From the NCBI RefSeq assembly GCF_036321535.1, contig NC_087437.1, forward strand, positions 38,814,001-38,878,000: a stretch of DNA of 64,000 nt, read 5' to 3'. Shown here in pieces: positions 37,056 through 49,758 of the stretch. The notes under the pieces were generated by a model, which made no database searches, was not told the origin of the DNA, and saw nothing but the letters and a program-made list of their open reading frames with translations. The position numbers and the translations under genes were made by a program. The stretch's first letter is position 1; each line of letters starts with the position of its first letter. This stretch comes from Camelus dromedarius (Eukaryota).

Positions 37056-38148
37056 CAGGATAATATAAAAATGCAGGGTGTAGTGAGGTCACTGAAGAGC
37101 TAAGGAAGGACCGTCTTTTTAATGTCTGCAGCATGGATTTGTTGATGTGATTTCATGTTAAAGCAGTGATCTTTGTTGACCAAGAGCACCCAACAGAATT
37201 GGCAACAAGGAGAGAAAGTCGCAAGGTGCCCAGGAATCGTTAATGTTAAAGGGCTCCGAAGGCACTGCTCATGAGTGATGCTGGTGAGAAGTTCTGCCTT
37301 AAATGCTCAGATTTGCAAAGGCTGTGCTGCCCCGCGTGCTCGTCAGGTTGGGGAGCAGCTGGTGAAATCAGACAGCTTGATGGAGTCAGGTGAACTAGGG
37401 GGAAGGTCTCCTGCTACCACTGCTGTTTCTCTGGCTTAGTGTCTCCTTTTCTCTCATGCATCTGTTCACCACTACTCTTCATTTTTGCTGCCTAAATTTG
37501 GACTCTGTTCTACCTACTCTGAATTACTGCCAAACCTCCTAACTGATCTCCCAGCCTTCCTTTTTTTTTTTTTCTTTTCCTTCTACCTGCTGCTACAGAC
37601 CCCTTTCTAAAATTAGATCTGTTTTAGTTTGAGCTTAAAATCTTACAATGAATGGTTTCTCATTGCCTACAGAGTCAAGTCCAAAGTCCTCCTGGTGCCA
37701 GTGAAGACACCCTGGCTCCTGCCCGCCGTTCCCCTCCTTGACTTGAGTCACTCACCCTCTTATATGCACTTTGCAGCTGTGTTTCACCACATCGGTTATA
37801 GTTCAGTGAGCCATTTGTGAACTTTCATCCCTGTTTTTTCCTCATAAACAAGAGCTAAGCAGTGCAACAAATCAAACCTCCTGAAAGTACACATTCTGGC
37901 CAAGGCTTTTAAAGGAAAAAATGTAATATTTCCCCTCCCAACATCAGCTCATATGCTCCCAAACTACACGACTGCTAGTGGGAGAGAGAACACATCATCT
38001 TGATCCCAAGGACTTTCACCTTAGTCCATGGAATCCCTCCTGGGAAGTCCCTCTGATTGTTATATGAGCTGATGGCATCTTATGACAGTCCTTTTGACAA
38101 TAGGAGCTTTTCCTGGACTCAGATCCCTTCCCCATTATCCAGCATGTC
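37056..38148 (-). pseudogene. Exon-remnant cluster: 38148-38020, 37297-37181, 37099-37056
   Basis: Phase-0 chain DMLDNGEGI*VQEKLLLSKGLS*DAISSYNNQRDFPGGIPWTK|AELLTSITHEQCLRSPLTLTIPGHLATFSPCCQFCWVLL|LFSDLTTPCIFILS. Sites include AAG|gtgaaa and tccttccttag|; the first acceptor is weak. Confidence 0.45.
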
Positions 38149-38679
38149 CTCTGCCCCACATGTCAGCTGGAGGGAAGCTGAAGCACCTGGGACAAAGGGA
38201 GAGGCAGTCACATGGAGTGAGTCATAGATAAGGAACCTGGAAGAAAGGAATCTTGCAGGAGTCATTACTCCAGTCTTCTGATTCTGCCTAGATTGGGAGT
38301 CTAAGGTACTTAGAATATTCCACTAGAAGACATGGCGACTTTAATATTCTCTCTCCTCTTTGCTCAAGACATACCTGGTTTAAATATTAATGAGACACAA
38401 AGCTAATAATTCTGCTCAATTCCTTTTCTCCTTTTCTTCAAAAAAAAATCCCCAGCCATCTGCAGATGCCTAGATGCTTGCTTTCCAACAGGATTCTTAG
38501 ATGCTTAAGGGCAAATATTCTTTCTGCCTCTCAAATAAAAATTGTTTTATTAGGTTGCTTGACTTAAAAAATTATATGGTAAGCTTTAGGGGTTTTGTGT
38601 GTTTGTAAGACAGAGATAGGCCAAGAGCAGAATGTGATTTGAAAGCAATTGTGAAACAGTGCCATTAAGGACAGCCTGT

Positions 38680-38850
38680 CCTTCTGTCCATCCTTCCTTC
38701 CTTCTCTTTCCTCTCTCCCTCCTTCCCTCCCTTTTCTTTCTTTCCTTCTTTCAGTCTCTCTTTACTCTCTTCTTTCTTTCCTTGCACTGTACCTTTTCCT
38801 TTCCTCTCTCATTTTTTCCTTTTCTCTCTTCTTTTTTTTTCTTTTTGCTT
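38680..38850 (+). repeat. CT-rich low-complexity tract
   Basis: Near-pure polypyrimidine run leading into an antisense L2 tail. Confidence 0.85.
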
Positions 38851-40100
38851 CCATCCATTTATCAAACAATACAATAGGTCAGGCACCATGCTAAAGATAG
38901 AGATTAGAGATAAAAATATGAAAAAAAAAATCCGCGACTGCCTTTAGGGAGCATACAGTCTAATGTTGGGAGAAACATACACGTATGCGGTCAACAGCGG
39001 TGTTTGGGCTTAAGCTGATGGTCTTTTTTAAAGGAAAGAAGGCTTTGCCCTCCCCTATCCATTGATATATTCATTCTTCCACGGCACTATGATACTCTCG
39101 TGGTCCTGAGCACTGTAGCTCCCTGTTCTATAGCAGGAGGACTGAGTGCTGATAAACAGGCTGGAAGCAAGAGCAGGTGAGAATGGCCTTAGGGTTCATG
39201 ATGAGGGACTTGGCCCCTGTCTTGAAGTCTGAGAAGCCACAGCTAAAGAACTTGAAGCAAGGAAATGAGATGAGCTTATCATTAGACAAAGAAGTCCCCT
39301 GGTGAGAGTGGGGAATAGCCAGGTGCGGGGGAGGCATGAACAGAGGTACCGAGACTGTTTAGGAAGGTGCTGCTGTTGTCTGGACGGTGATAAAGGCCTA
39401 AGCTCAGTCAGCGGAAGCTGTGCCCGGGAGAAGATGGTAAGTCTGAGCCCACAGAAGCCATGTGGGTGGGTGGCACAGAGGGAGGTGTCCAGAGGGCGCC
39501 CAGGGCTGTGAACACAGTATCAGTGACACAGGTACAGGTCATGGGAGGAGAAGCCCTTGGGCTGCGGTGGAGGGAGCATGAATTGAGATTCAATTTTGAG
39601 CATGTAGAATTTGAAATCTCTTACTGGAAATCCAATTTATATTTAGGAGGGAATGGATTAGGAACTCAGAAGAGAGATCAATAAAAGATGTAGCTTTGAT
39701 GCTCTGTAGGCGATAGTTGAGACCACAGGGGTGGGTGCAGCCAATTGGGGATGCAGGTTGCGGGGGAAGCGGTGGGGTGGAGGGAAAAGACCAGAATCCT
39801 GGGAAACACTAATACTTAAGGAAATAAGAGATGGCAACTAAGGAGACTGAGATTAAACAGCCTGAGGGGTAGAAAGAGGGACTAAAGCAAGTGATTTCAT
39901 GGGAGCCAAGGAAGAGAGGTTTCAAGAAAAAATAAATAAAGCCAGCATTGAATATTGTAGAGAATTCAAGTCATAAAGGGCCTGGAGAATGTTAATTGAA
40001 TTTAGCCATAAGGTGGCCACTGGGGACCTCAGTGAGAGGCTTCCATAGATCAGGGCAGGCCGTGGAACATGAAATTGCAGAGAGAAGGGATGGGGGCATT
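38850..40100 (-). mobile_element. L2 fragments
   Basis: ccatccatttatcaaaca...aggcaccatgctaaag; gagattcaattttgagcatgtagaatttgaa; gccaaggaagagaggtttcaagaa. Confidence 0.7.
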
Positions 40101-41649
40101 GGGAAGATAGACAAGAGCTAGTGAGGGCGACGACATGGTGACACTGGACAGAACTAGCAGACGGCAGAGAGGCTGAGAATCAGGGGTTTTGCTGGGGTGA
40201 GGATGGCCTTCTGCGGAAGCCCAGGAGTTGGAACTAAAGGGGACAAAGGTGTGTCAGTGCTGAGCCACCACAGGGACAGACAGAAGGGGCTGGCCGACCT
40301 CGGCTGGCACGGAGCCCACCAGGCTGCGGTCCTGGAGCTCGCGGCCTCAGGACACTGAGCCCACCTTCTCCTCTTTTGTAACCCAGCTCCGACACTGCAG
40401 AAGCAGGAGAGGGAGGAAGTACACCCTGGGCCTCTCTCTCTGTTCATGTCACCGTCCTCCCACCCCACCTCCCCAAAGACTGTCCTTGCTCAGCCCACCC
40501 CACTTGCAGTACTTGAAGCAGAAAGAAAGATGTGAGCTCATTTATGGAGACACATTCACACTAGATTCGACTCCGGGGCACATTTTTATTAGTTGATGCC
40601 TCTGGGTCAAGAGGTTTTTTTTTTTTTTTAATTTCTTGTTTTATTATTTCTGGAGGGGTTGGAAAAACATGAGGATGTCTAGATATAAAAAAAGAAAAAG
40701 CCCAAAGAGAGAAGAGGAAGATTCTGGAGAGAAACAAGCTCTGAAGAGGTGAGAGGTGTCAGACACAGGGCAGTGGTGAAGATGGGGAGAGCCGTCCGCT
40801 GGGGCGGGAGGGGCTCAGAGCTGCAGAGGCAGGCCCTGGCCTCTAGCTGTCCAGGGCAGGAGGTGCATCTTGGGCCTGGGTTGTGTCCCTGGCTTGGCTG
40901 AGAGTGCCTAGGCGCGATGGGAAAGCTGGGGAACAGACCCCGGAGCAGTCAGTTATATGAGTCAGTTTCCAGGGGAGCTTTTTCTTTGGTGAAACGATGG
41001 AGGAGAAGCTGTGGGTGGCCGTGGGGTGGCGACAGTGAAGGTGGGAATGGGGAAAAGGGAAAAGACATTGACTGCCAGCTCCTCCGTATTTCAGCCCTAA
41101 GCAGAAGGACCTGTTTTTTCGAGACACGGAGGCACCGGCTGGCACCAGGTGACCCTGTGAGCTGGAACAGTCTCACTCGGCACTTGGATGACCCTGCACT
41201 TTGGTTCCTGGCACCACAATGACAGAGGCCTTGGGACCAAAGGGATTCGTGGAACACAGGGAGGTGCTCAGAAGACACCGAGTTTGAGATGTTTATTGGC
41301 TGCGGCGGGGCTCCGTATCTCTCAGTTTGGGGTGGGCACTCCATGGAGATGTCCAGAAAATCACAGGGCTGCAGTCCTGAGGGAGCAGACGAAGGAGCAG
41401 ACAAAGGGAGCACACGAAGGCAAGGGCTATGCTAGTGCGGGTTACATCTTCGTGAAGAGAAATGCTGGGTCGTCCCGAGGGAGACGTGAGTTGTGGGACT
41501 TGAGAGGAGGAGTGAAAGTTAACGGGGGAGAGGACACAGCTCTGCCTCGGGCTGATGAAAGACAGCTGGAGAGTGCGGAGGGCCTGGCTGGGCAGTGATG
41601 TGGGTTTGTGGCCCTACCACTCACCTGATTTTCATTAGTGGTTAATAGC

Positions 41650-42300
41650 TTAAACATTTGAAGGTGAAAAGCAGACAGCCAGCTTCATCCAGGCTTGAAA
41701 TAAAAGAAAGTAGAGGGACAAGTTTGCAGTAAGACTCTAAAAGATGTCCAGCAAGGCCTGGTGCGGGCGGGCGCCTGGAATTCCCAGCACTGAACCGGAG
41801 AACATGGGTGGTTGTAGGCGCAGAAAACTCCTGTTCTGTAAAAGGTTCCTGTGGCTGGTGCAGCCTGGGGGAAGTCTTTGTTACACTCCTAGTAAGGCCG
41901 CCTACAATCGCATTAGCGTTTTTGGCAACCACATCACCCCTTTGAGCTTACAATCAACCAAAATCCCTAAATCTTTCACACGTGCTGTTCCTAAGCAGGG
42001 TTTCCGCCATGTTGCACTTGTGAAATTAATTACTGTTTTGGGTCTAAAAGTAGGGCTTTACATTTATGGCTATTCAATTTCATCTTGTTAGATTTAGGCC
42101 ATTGTGCCAACTTTCCGAGAATACTTTTCCTATCGATTCAGATTTTCACACATTTCCCCCATCACTTTCAGTGAGACAGAACCCAGAGGAATTCCTTCTG
42201 CACATTCGGAAGTGGCACATTTACCCTGTGTTCTGTTTTTCAGTCCACATCTTCATTTTGTCTAAAAGGGACTTGGTCGTATTTCTTCCTAACATCATGA
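41650..42300 (-). mobile_element. CR1/L3 LINE ORF2 fragment
   Basis: VAKNANAIVGGLTRSV resembles the CR1 AKKANAILGCINRS motif; tcaaccaaaatccctaaatcttt; aatttcatcttgttag. Confidence 0.7.
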
Positions 42301-42309
42301 TTTGCCAAA

Positions 42310-43130
42310 CTGCATTGGTTAGGATGTTTTTGCTGCAGGAATGAAACTGAATCAACCTGGAATAAACAATAAAGACATTTATTAGTGCACAGAGGGAGGG
42401 AGGGCTCCAGGCACAGCACAGCCAGGGCGGTGACTGTTCTGCTGTTTGGAGTTTGCTCTACCTTCTCCTGGGTGTTGTCCTCAGGCCAGTTTCCCTTGTG
42501 GTTGTAAGCTGGCCGCCAGCGGCAGCCCGGATAGCGTGCTTCCTTGTTTGTGTCCAGACCAGGGTGGGAAGGGGAGAAAGTGTGAATAGAAGACTGTTCT
42601 TTTAGTTTGACTAGGACAAACTCCTAGGTCACCTTTAGAGTGACCAGCAGTCCTAATGGGCTTGAAAGTGAGGGGTGTCCCGGGATATAGGACTTTCAGA
42701 GCTAAAACCAGGAAAGTCCTGGGCAAGCAAGGACAGTTGGTCATCTAGAGCCTACACCTAGACCAGTGACCATCATTAGGATAAAACCTGATTCTGCTTG
42801 GCTTAACCCGTTGGCACAGGGATGGGCACTCATGGTAGGTTCGTACGCGTTTCTGAAATTGGCTTTGGCCAACCTGTATCAGATTCCATGGGGGCCGGTA
42901 TGGGGGAAGCAGATTCCTGGGCACCAAACCTATTGATTCAGAAGCCCTAGGCATGGAAATGGGAAATTAATTTTTATTATGCACTGAACATGGTGGTCCT
43001 ACACACCAGTGCTCAGAGAAACACTGGTTTAGACCTAATAGTACTGACTCCTGAAGCTTGGGTCAACACCCAGAATGGCATGGCTGCTACGCGATGGGGC
43101 AGGGCTGGGGAGGATGCTGGGGAGCCCCAC
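42310..43130 (-). mobile_element. Old MLT1 LTR interrupted by MER94 and a MER5-like element
   Basis: ggttaggatgtttttgctgcaggaa...ggttgtaagctggccgccagcggcagcc; MER5-like insert at about 42850-43027. Confidence 0.6.
42636..42747 (-). mobile_element. MER94-like hAT-Blackjack MITE
   Basis: TIRs tagagtgacca / tggtcatcta; internal ggactttcagagctaaaaccaggaaagtcctgggcaa. Confidence 0.8.
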
Positions 43131-43429
43131 ACCCTGCACACCTACTCTAGTCCCTGGTTTTCCTGTTAGGTAAGCCTATCTCCTAGAAAGGAAGGAAGTT
43201 GGTATGGGATTCCTTGTTCTTAAGAAACCACCTGGCTTCCTGGTAGTGCCCAAGGGCATTGGTGAGACTCCCCTCACAAGGTGTTCACAAGCCATGCTTC
43301 AGAGTCACTCTTGCTTTTTTCCTGGAATCTGTATCAAACTCGCAAGTGGCTAGCTTGCAGAATCCATGATCTTGCTTTTAAAAAAATTTTTTTGAAAGTC
43401 GAAATAGTATTTCCTTGTGTTCAGTCTCT

Positions 43430-44650
43430 GGGGAAGCAGAGGTTAAGAGATTGAGCTCTGGTCAGGAAATGAAGCAAAGAATCTGATTTCTTCATTTGCA
43501 TATACTGATTTTTGCATATATTTCTTAACTTCCTGAAACTTATTATCTGCAAAAGAGAATAATTATAGAACTTTAACCTCATTGGGTTGTTGAATTAAAT
43601 GAGATAATATTTATAAAGTTTTAGCACAGTGTTTGCCTTGTTAAGCAGTCGGTAAATTTTGATAATTAATATCCTGCCTCCTTAGTCTTTCTTTCTTTGA
43701 GATATCCTGAGTACTGAGGAGAACCAGGCACAGTGCTTGTCACTGAAGAACACAAAAATAAGGAGCTGTCCCTGCTATCAGGGGGTTCACAGTATTGGCA
43801 TTATAATATACTGACACTGAAGTAGATTTATATACCAGATGCCAGGATAGGACAGAGGGAGAAATGATAAATTCAGGGGATGATCTGGGTCTTGAAGAAT
43901 GACCAGGAGTCTTCTGGATGCACATGGGAGAGCGGGAGACCAGACATTCCAGGGAAAGGACAACGAACATGAATAGAAGCACAGGACATGAAAGTGCAGG
44001 GCCCCTTTGTGACTGTAAGCGGTTCTGAAGGCTGGAATGCAGGGTTCAGGTCAGGAGCAGGGGGAGATGATATTATAGGAGGCAAGGGCTGACCCAGGGC
44101 CTTCCAGCAGAGTTTGAGCTTTCATCACACTTTGTTTTGGAAAGACCAATCTGGGGACAGCGGATAAAGAATTGAAGGGTGATGAGGCAGAGAAATTTAA
44201 GAGCTTGCTGCATTACTCCCAGTGAGAGTTGATGAATGTGAAGCCGAGAGAGAGATTAGGAACAGGGTGGAAAGGGTGGAAAGAAGAGCTGTAGGGTAGG
44301 TACATGTGACAGGACTGGGTGACTGATTAGGTGTGAGGTGAGAAAAAGGAAGATTTGAGGGGAATCCCCGTTTCTGTCTTGAGTGGATGATGATGTCACT
44401 GTCCAGACGGGACTCCTGGGGGCGATGGTGGTGGTGAGTCAAGCTTTGCACCTGCTGAGTTTTAAAGTTCCACGGGAGACATCCAGTTGGAGATGCCCAG
44501 TGGGTTGTCCGTACCTGGGGAGTAAGTTCTGGGCTGGAGAGATGGCCGGGGGTCAGCAGGGAATGGCCTTCTGGTGTTATAATCGGTGGGTGGCAAAAAC
44601 TGCCTGAGATGATGCTTCAGCACAGTGTGTCGGTTAGAGTGAGGACAAGA
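43430..44650. mobile_element. MIR (+, about 43430-43660) then L2 fragments (-, about 43700-44650)
   Basis: ggttgttgaattaaatgagataatatttataaagttttagcacagtg; ccctgctatcagggggttcacagt; gggagacatccagttggagatgcccagt. Confidence 0.7.
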
Positions 44651-45347
44651 GCCCTCAAAACTATGAGATGCCACAAAGCCCATTGACGATTCATTGATGT
44701 CACCTGTGTGTCCTACCCGGGTCCAGGCAGGAAGAATTAAACATATTTAAGCTTAATTTTTTTTCACTCTACCCTTTCCAAGATTTTTCATTGATCTTTC
44801 TAGTCCCTCACTGGATAAGTAACTGAGATTATTTTTTTTCTGAGTTTTGTTTTTTTTCAGGGTAAAACTATGATAATATTCAAAAATTTTAAACTACATT
44901 TTGAGAAGCTGGTTTTCCAATTAAGTTTGTCTAGCTTCTTTGGAATTTCTCATAGCTATTTTCTTATGTTCTTGTCTAAAATTCAAGCAATTCTAAATAG
45001 AAAATTTTTAAAAACGTAAGTTAGAATATTAACTTCTGATGGAGAAATAGGGATGAGGCACATAAAAGTGAGACAGGCCTGAGAAATCTATGCAGAAGGG
45101 AGGAAAACACGACAAAATCTATGTCCAAAGAACACTTTTGAGAAAGTGAAATGTGTTTACCGCAGCTGTTTCGCCATTTAAATGAGCTGAAGCTCAGTTC
45201 TTGTCTTTTGCGTCAGCAGTGGCAGAGCCAGCCCAGGAAAGATTAGAGGGAAAAACTCCAGCAGTTTTTCATACAAAAAAATGTATAGAGAGTCTAAGTG
45301 AAGTAGTCAAAAAAGACCTCTGCCAATTGCAAACCAGAAACCATAGG

Positions 45348-45630
45348 CCTTTTTTTTTAGATTCCACATATGAGTGATATCATATGGTATTTTTCTTTCT
45401 CTTTTGACTGGTATATATAAAATAGATAAACAAGTTTATACTGTACAGCACAGGGAACTGGATTTGGTATCTTGTAGTAGTTTACAGTGAAAAAAATATG
45501 AAAACAAATATATGTATGTTCATATATGACTGAAACATTGTGCTATACACCATAAATTGACACAACATTGTAAACGGACTATACTTCAATTAAAAAAAAA
45601 AAAAAAAGAAAGAAAGAAAGAAAGAAGGAA
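45348..45630 (+). mobile_element. Short L1 3' end with inverted 5' segment
   Basis: TSD agaaaccatagg at 45336-45347 and 45631-45642. About 45350-45409 is antisense L1; about 45410-45630 is sense with an A/(GAAA)n tail. Confidence 0.9.
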
Positions 45631-45696
45631 AGAAACCATAGGTCACAGGAGAAAACTCCTGCAGCAGTCCAGGGAGTAAAGAACTCCAGATAATGG

Positions 45697-45710
45697 GCGC
45701 CACCTAGTGG
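45697..45710 (-). promoter_or_regulatory. Consensus CTCF core motif
   Basis: Minus strand CCACTAGGTGGCGC matches CCASYAGRKGGCRS at 14/14 positions; occupancy unknown. Confidence 0.6.
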
Positions 45711-45949
45711 GAAACTGGAGGATTCAGGGAAAACAGACCACAACAGGATTTCAGAATTTGGAGATGGCGTAAAGCAATTATTTTGAGTTTTATTCGCTCT
45801 TTCAATAAACATTCACTGAGGACTATCTAAGCTCTGGGCACATTAATAAGTTATAAGCATTTTTTGCTAATGATTTACATTTAAGTCCACAGACCTAGAT
45901 GTCCATGAACTCCCAATTTCATTTTTCTATAACATAATTAGTATCGTTT

Positions 45950-47812
45950 TTGTTTTAAGTGTATACTTACGTATTTCATTTTCCTTGGAGAAGTTACAAA
46001 TTGTATTGTGTCTTTAATTTTGTTTCTTGCATGTTATTTGTTAGATATGTAATTGATTTTTTGTGTGTTTATTTTGTATCCTATGACCTTGAAAAACTAA
46101 TTTATTAGCTCTAGACGATCATGTTAATTCTGCTAAAAGAGAGTTGGTCACCAGAGGGGAGGGAGGGGGATGAGTAAAATAGGTGAGGGAAATTAAGAGG
46201 AACAAACTTCCAGTTACAAAGTAAATGCATTATGGGGATGAAATGTACAGTGTGGGAAATATAGTCAATAAGGTACAAACTTCAATTATAAGATAAACAA
46301 ATACTAGGGATGTAGTGTACAATGTGATTAATTTAATTAACACTGCTATATGTTATATACAGAAGTTGTTAACAGTAAATCCTAAGAGCTCTCATCACAA
46401 GGGAAAATATTTTTTCCTTCTCTTTTATTTTGTATCTATAGGAGATAATGGATATTTGCTAAACATATCATGGTGATCAATTCATGATGTATGTAAGTAA
46501 AGTCATTATGCTGTACACATTAAACTTATACAGTGCTGTATGTCAATTGTATCTCAAAATGGATAAAAATAGTATAAAAAGCAACAGTTTAAAAACCTTG
46601 ATGAAGTTTAAATTATCAAATTATTTTGACTTTTGTGATTTTTAAGTCTTGAATATCAGGAAATCTTTGCCTGAACTAGTGCCATAAAATTTATCTCTTA
46701 TGTTTTCTTTTAAAAGTTTGCTAGTTTTAGATCTTATGTTTAGGTTATGATACATTTCATTATAATTTTTGTATATGTTATGAAATAACAGTCAAAGTTC
46801 ATTTTTTGCTTATGGCTACCTAGTTGTTCCAGTACCATTTGTTGAAAATTTTATCCTTTACCTTTTGTGTTGCCTTCAAATATTTGTCAAAAGTCAATTG
46901 TCCATGTGTGTGTGGATCCATTTATGGATTTTATCTGTTCCTTTGGTCTGTAGTTCTATGTTTAAGCCAGTGAAAGTTTCTTTTCATTGTATTTAGATAT
47001 TAGTTATAAAATCAGTTTGTCAATTTCAACAACAAAAGCCTGCTAGAATTTTATTTAAGATTGTGTTGAATCTACAGATCAATTTAAGAGAAACTGACAC
47101 CTTAACAAAATTGGTATCTCCCCATTTACTTAGGAATTCTTTAATTTCTATTAGCAATGTTTTGTCATTTTCAGTGTATGTGTTTCACACATTATTGATA
47201 AATTTACCTCTAAGTATGTCATGTTTTTGATGCTATTGAAAAATTTTTAATTTAAATTTTCAGTTGCTCTTTTATAGTATGTAGATTATAACTGATTTCT
47301 TTATTGACTTTGTGTCCTGCAACCTTGCCAAATTCATCCATTAGTTCTAGCAGCATATTTGTAAATGACTTAAGATTTTCTACATAGACAATCATAGTAC
47401 CTGTGAATAATAAAAGTTTTACTTCTTGTTATCCAATTTAGATGCCATTTAGTTCTTTTTTTTTTTTTTTGCATAGAACTTTGAGTACAATGTTGAATAT
47501 AGTGGTGAAAGTGAATATACTCGTCTTGTTCTCAACCTTAGGAAAAAATATTCAATCTCTTACCATTGAATACTATGTTAGATTAAAAAACTTCCGTTTG
47601 ATTCTTAGTTTCGTAGGAATTTTAAATCGGAAATAGGCTTAAGTGTTGTAAAATGCTTTTTCTTATCTATTAAGATGATCATATGATTTTTCTTTTTTAA
47701 ATTGTCAATATTGTATATTTCTGGTAAAGACCCCAGTTGTCAAGCTATATTAATCTTTTTATATATTACTGGATTCCATTTGTTAATATTTTGTTGAAGA
47801 TTTTTCCATCTA
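45950..47812 (-). mobile_element. Old L1 ORF2 fragments, interrupted by plus-strand L1MA-like 3' ends at about 46135-46570
   Basis: agttgttccagtaccatttgttgaaaa; gattgtgttgaatctacagatcaattt; insert ends tgtcaattgtatctcaaaa. Confidence 0.8.
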
Positions 47813-49193
47813 TCCAAGCAAACATTATGATTTCAAGATCTGATCACCTTGGATATGAATGTACTTAGAAAATGCCTTTGAATCAGAGACTTCTTTTCTC
47901 CACTCTAACCTTGAGACTGGCTTTTTAGTATACTTTTTCACTACCACTTCTTTCTTACCTTCCCCTCTTATATTTACAAACACCTAAACAACTCCAAATA
48001 GAGCTAGAAACTCAGGGACTAATGCCAGTGACAGAGAAGAATCAAAATAAAGCACAATCATTTGTTTAGAAGCGAAACTAGATACACACAAAAAATTTAA
48101 GACCTTAAAATGTTCTTGGAAGTTCATACCAGAATCCTTACATAAAAAATATCTGCTAAGTCATGATTCCTTAAATATACCTATCTTCCCCAGCTACCAG
48201 CATTCAAGACATATAAAAACAATTTATTATTAAGATATATTAATCTGGTTTTGTTTTATTACAAATGTTCCATAGCATTTCTCTCCTCTAGTTTCAATCA
48301 TAAATCTGCAGTTTCTGCATTTCATTATGGACTAAGTAAGTGTGGTAGACTGACCGAGGAAATTAACCTCTAACGCAGCATTTTTTTCATGAAAAAATGC
48401 ATTTGAAATACTAATCTCTCTTTATTCAAAACCAGATTTCCTAGGAATCTAGTCTACATTTATTGCCACTTGTTCCTCGGTTTTCATTCCCTGCTCACTC
48501 ACTGCAATCTAATTTCCACACCATTTCCTTCCTAGAGTCTAGTCTTGCTGAAGGCACCAGGGACGTCACATTCATTGTAGCTGACCACCTCTTTTCAATC
48601 CTTACTCTCCTTGATTCATCTTTACTCTTGATAGTATTGGTTGCCTATTTCTCTTTGTTTCTAGGATACTTTTTCTTCTCGTCCTCTTAATACTCTGACC
48701 ATTTTCTATTTGTGTTTCTACCTTTTCCTCTGACTCTTCAGGGCTAGGTTATTGATTTTTTTTTTTTATCCCTAGGCATATTCTTGCCCAATATAGACAT
48801 CATCTATTGGGGCAGTCTCATTCACTCTCACAAATTCAGCTCTCTAGACTTGTACCCCTTACTTTTCTCTTGAGTTCCAGTCTCTTGTTTCCAGTGCTGA
48901 AGTATAGTTTATCCTTCTCTGCCTTTCCTTCTCTGTCTCCGTGGAGTCATCCACTCCACTGAACATCAACTCAGTTTCTCTTAGTTACCTAACCATTAGC
49001 TAGGGCCATTCAAAGTTGGACTTAAAAGTGACTGCAGTCAGTCCTAGAGCTGTTAAAGGTCCGCACAATGCCTTTTTGCAAATTTAACAAAGTCACTCTC
49101 ATGCGTGAGATACCGTACTTCTTAAAACAATGTGTAATAACTTCCATCATGTAATGATTTATAATGAAACATTTTGTGCAAAACTATAGTGAC

Positions 49194-49758
49194 TAAGATG
49201 TAAACGACACTCCTTTAGATAGTGTGCTGTCTTCTGTCAGGCAGTATACAAACTGTACAGATGTATACAATGGAGTAATATTTCATATCCTTATGGCTAA
49301 GAAAGAAGGGGTCAAGATGGTATTCACCACCCCGCTGGGGCCCTACCAAAATTTAAAAAATTCTAAGGAATCTTATGACTCCTGTGACTTTCCAGTGGTT
49401 CATGGAGAAAATGATTAGTGATGTGAATTATTGGGAAGAACAAGCTTAAATAGATGATATAATTACATTAGAAATATCTTGCAGGCATATGAACAAATGT
49501 CTTGGTGATATAATCTCAATATTGTTCCTTGACTGATGTCATGAAATATGTGAGATGTTCAGTGTCCAAACAGCTGCTAAGCATAAATCCTAAGAAAATA
49601 TAGGTCATAATCTTGCTGGCATGCCCTACAACAAATATCTGAGAGTTCAGAAAGTTTTGGGGATTCAGTGGTTTGCTAAGCCTTTCAGTAATGTGAACTG
49701 TAGGTTCCAGACAATCAACAAACCGTCGTGAATATAATACATGAATGAAAACAGGCAT
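49194..49758 (-). pseudogene. Exon remnants 49758-49467 and 49296-49194
   Basis: An 80-codon open frame starts immediately after tgtcctag| (MPVFIHVLYSRRFVDCLEPTVHITERLSKPLNPQNF...). It joins in phase 1 to IRI*NITPLYTSVQFVYCLTEDSTLSKGVSFTS after ccccttctttcttag|. Confidence 0.55.

Noticed and set aside
40843..41598. 100-154 aa ORFs on both strands
   Set aside because: No motif; simultaneous ORFs in several frames reflect GC content.
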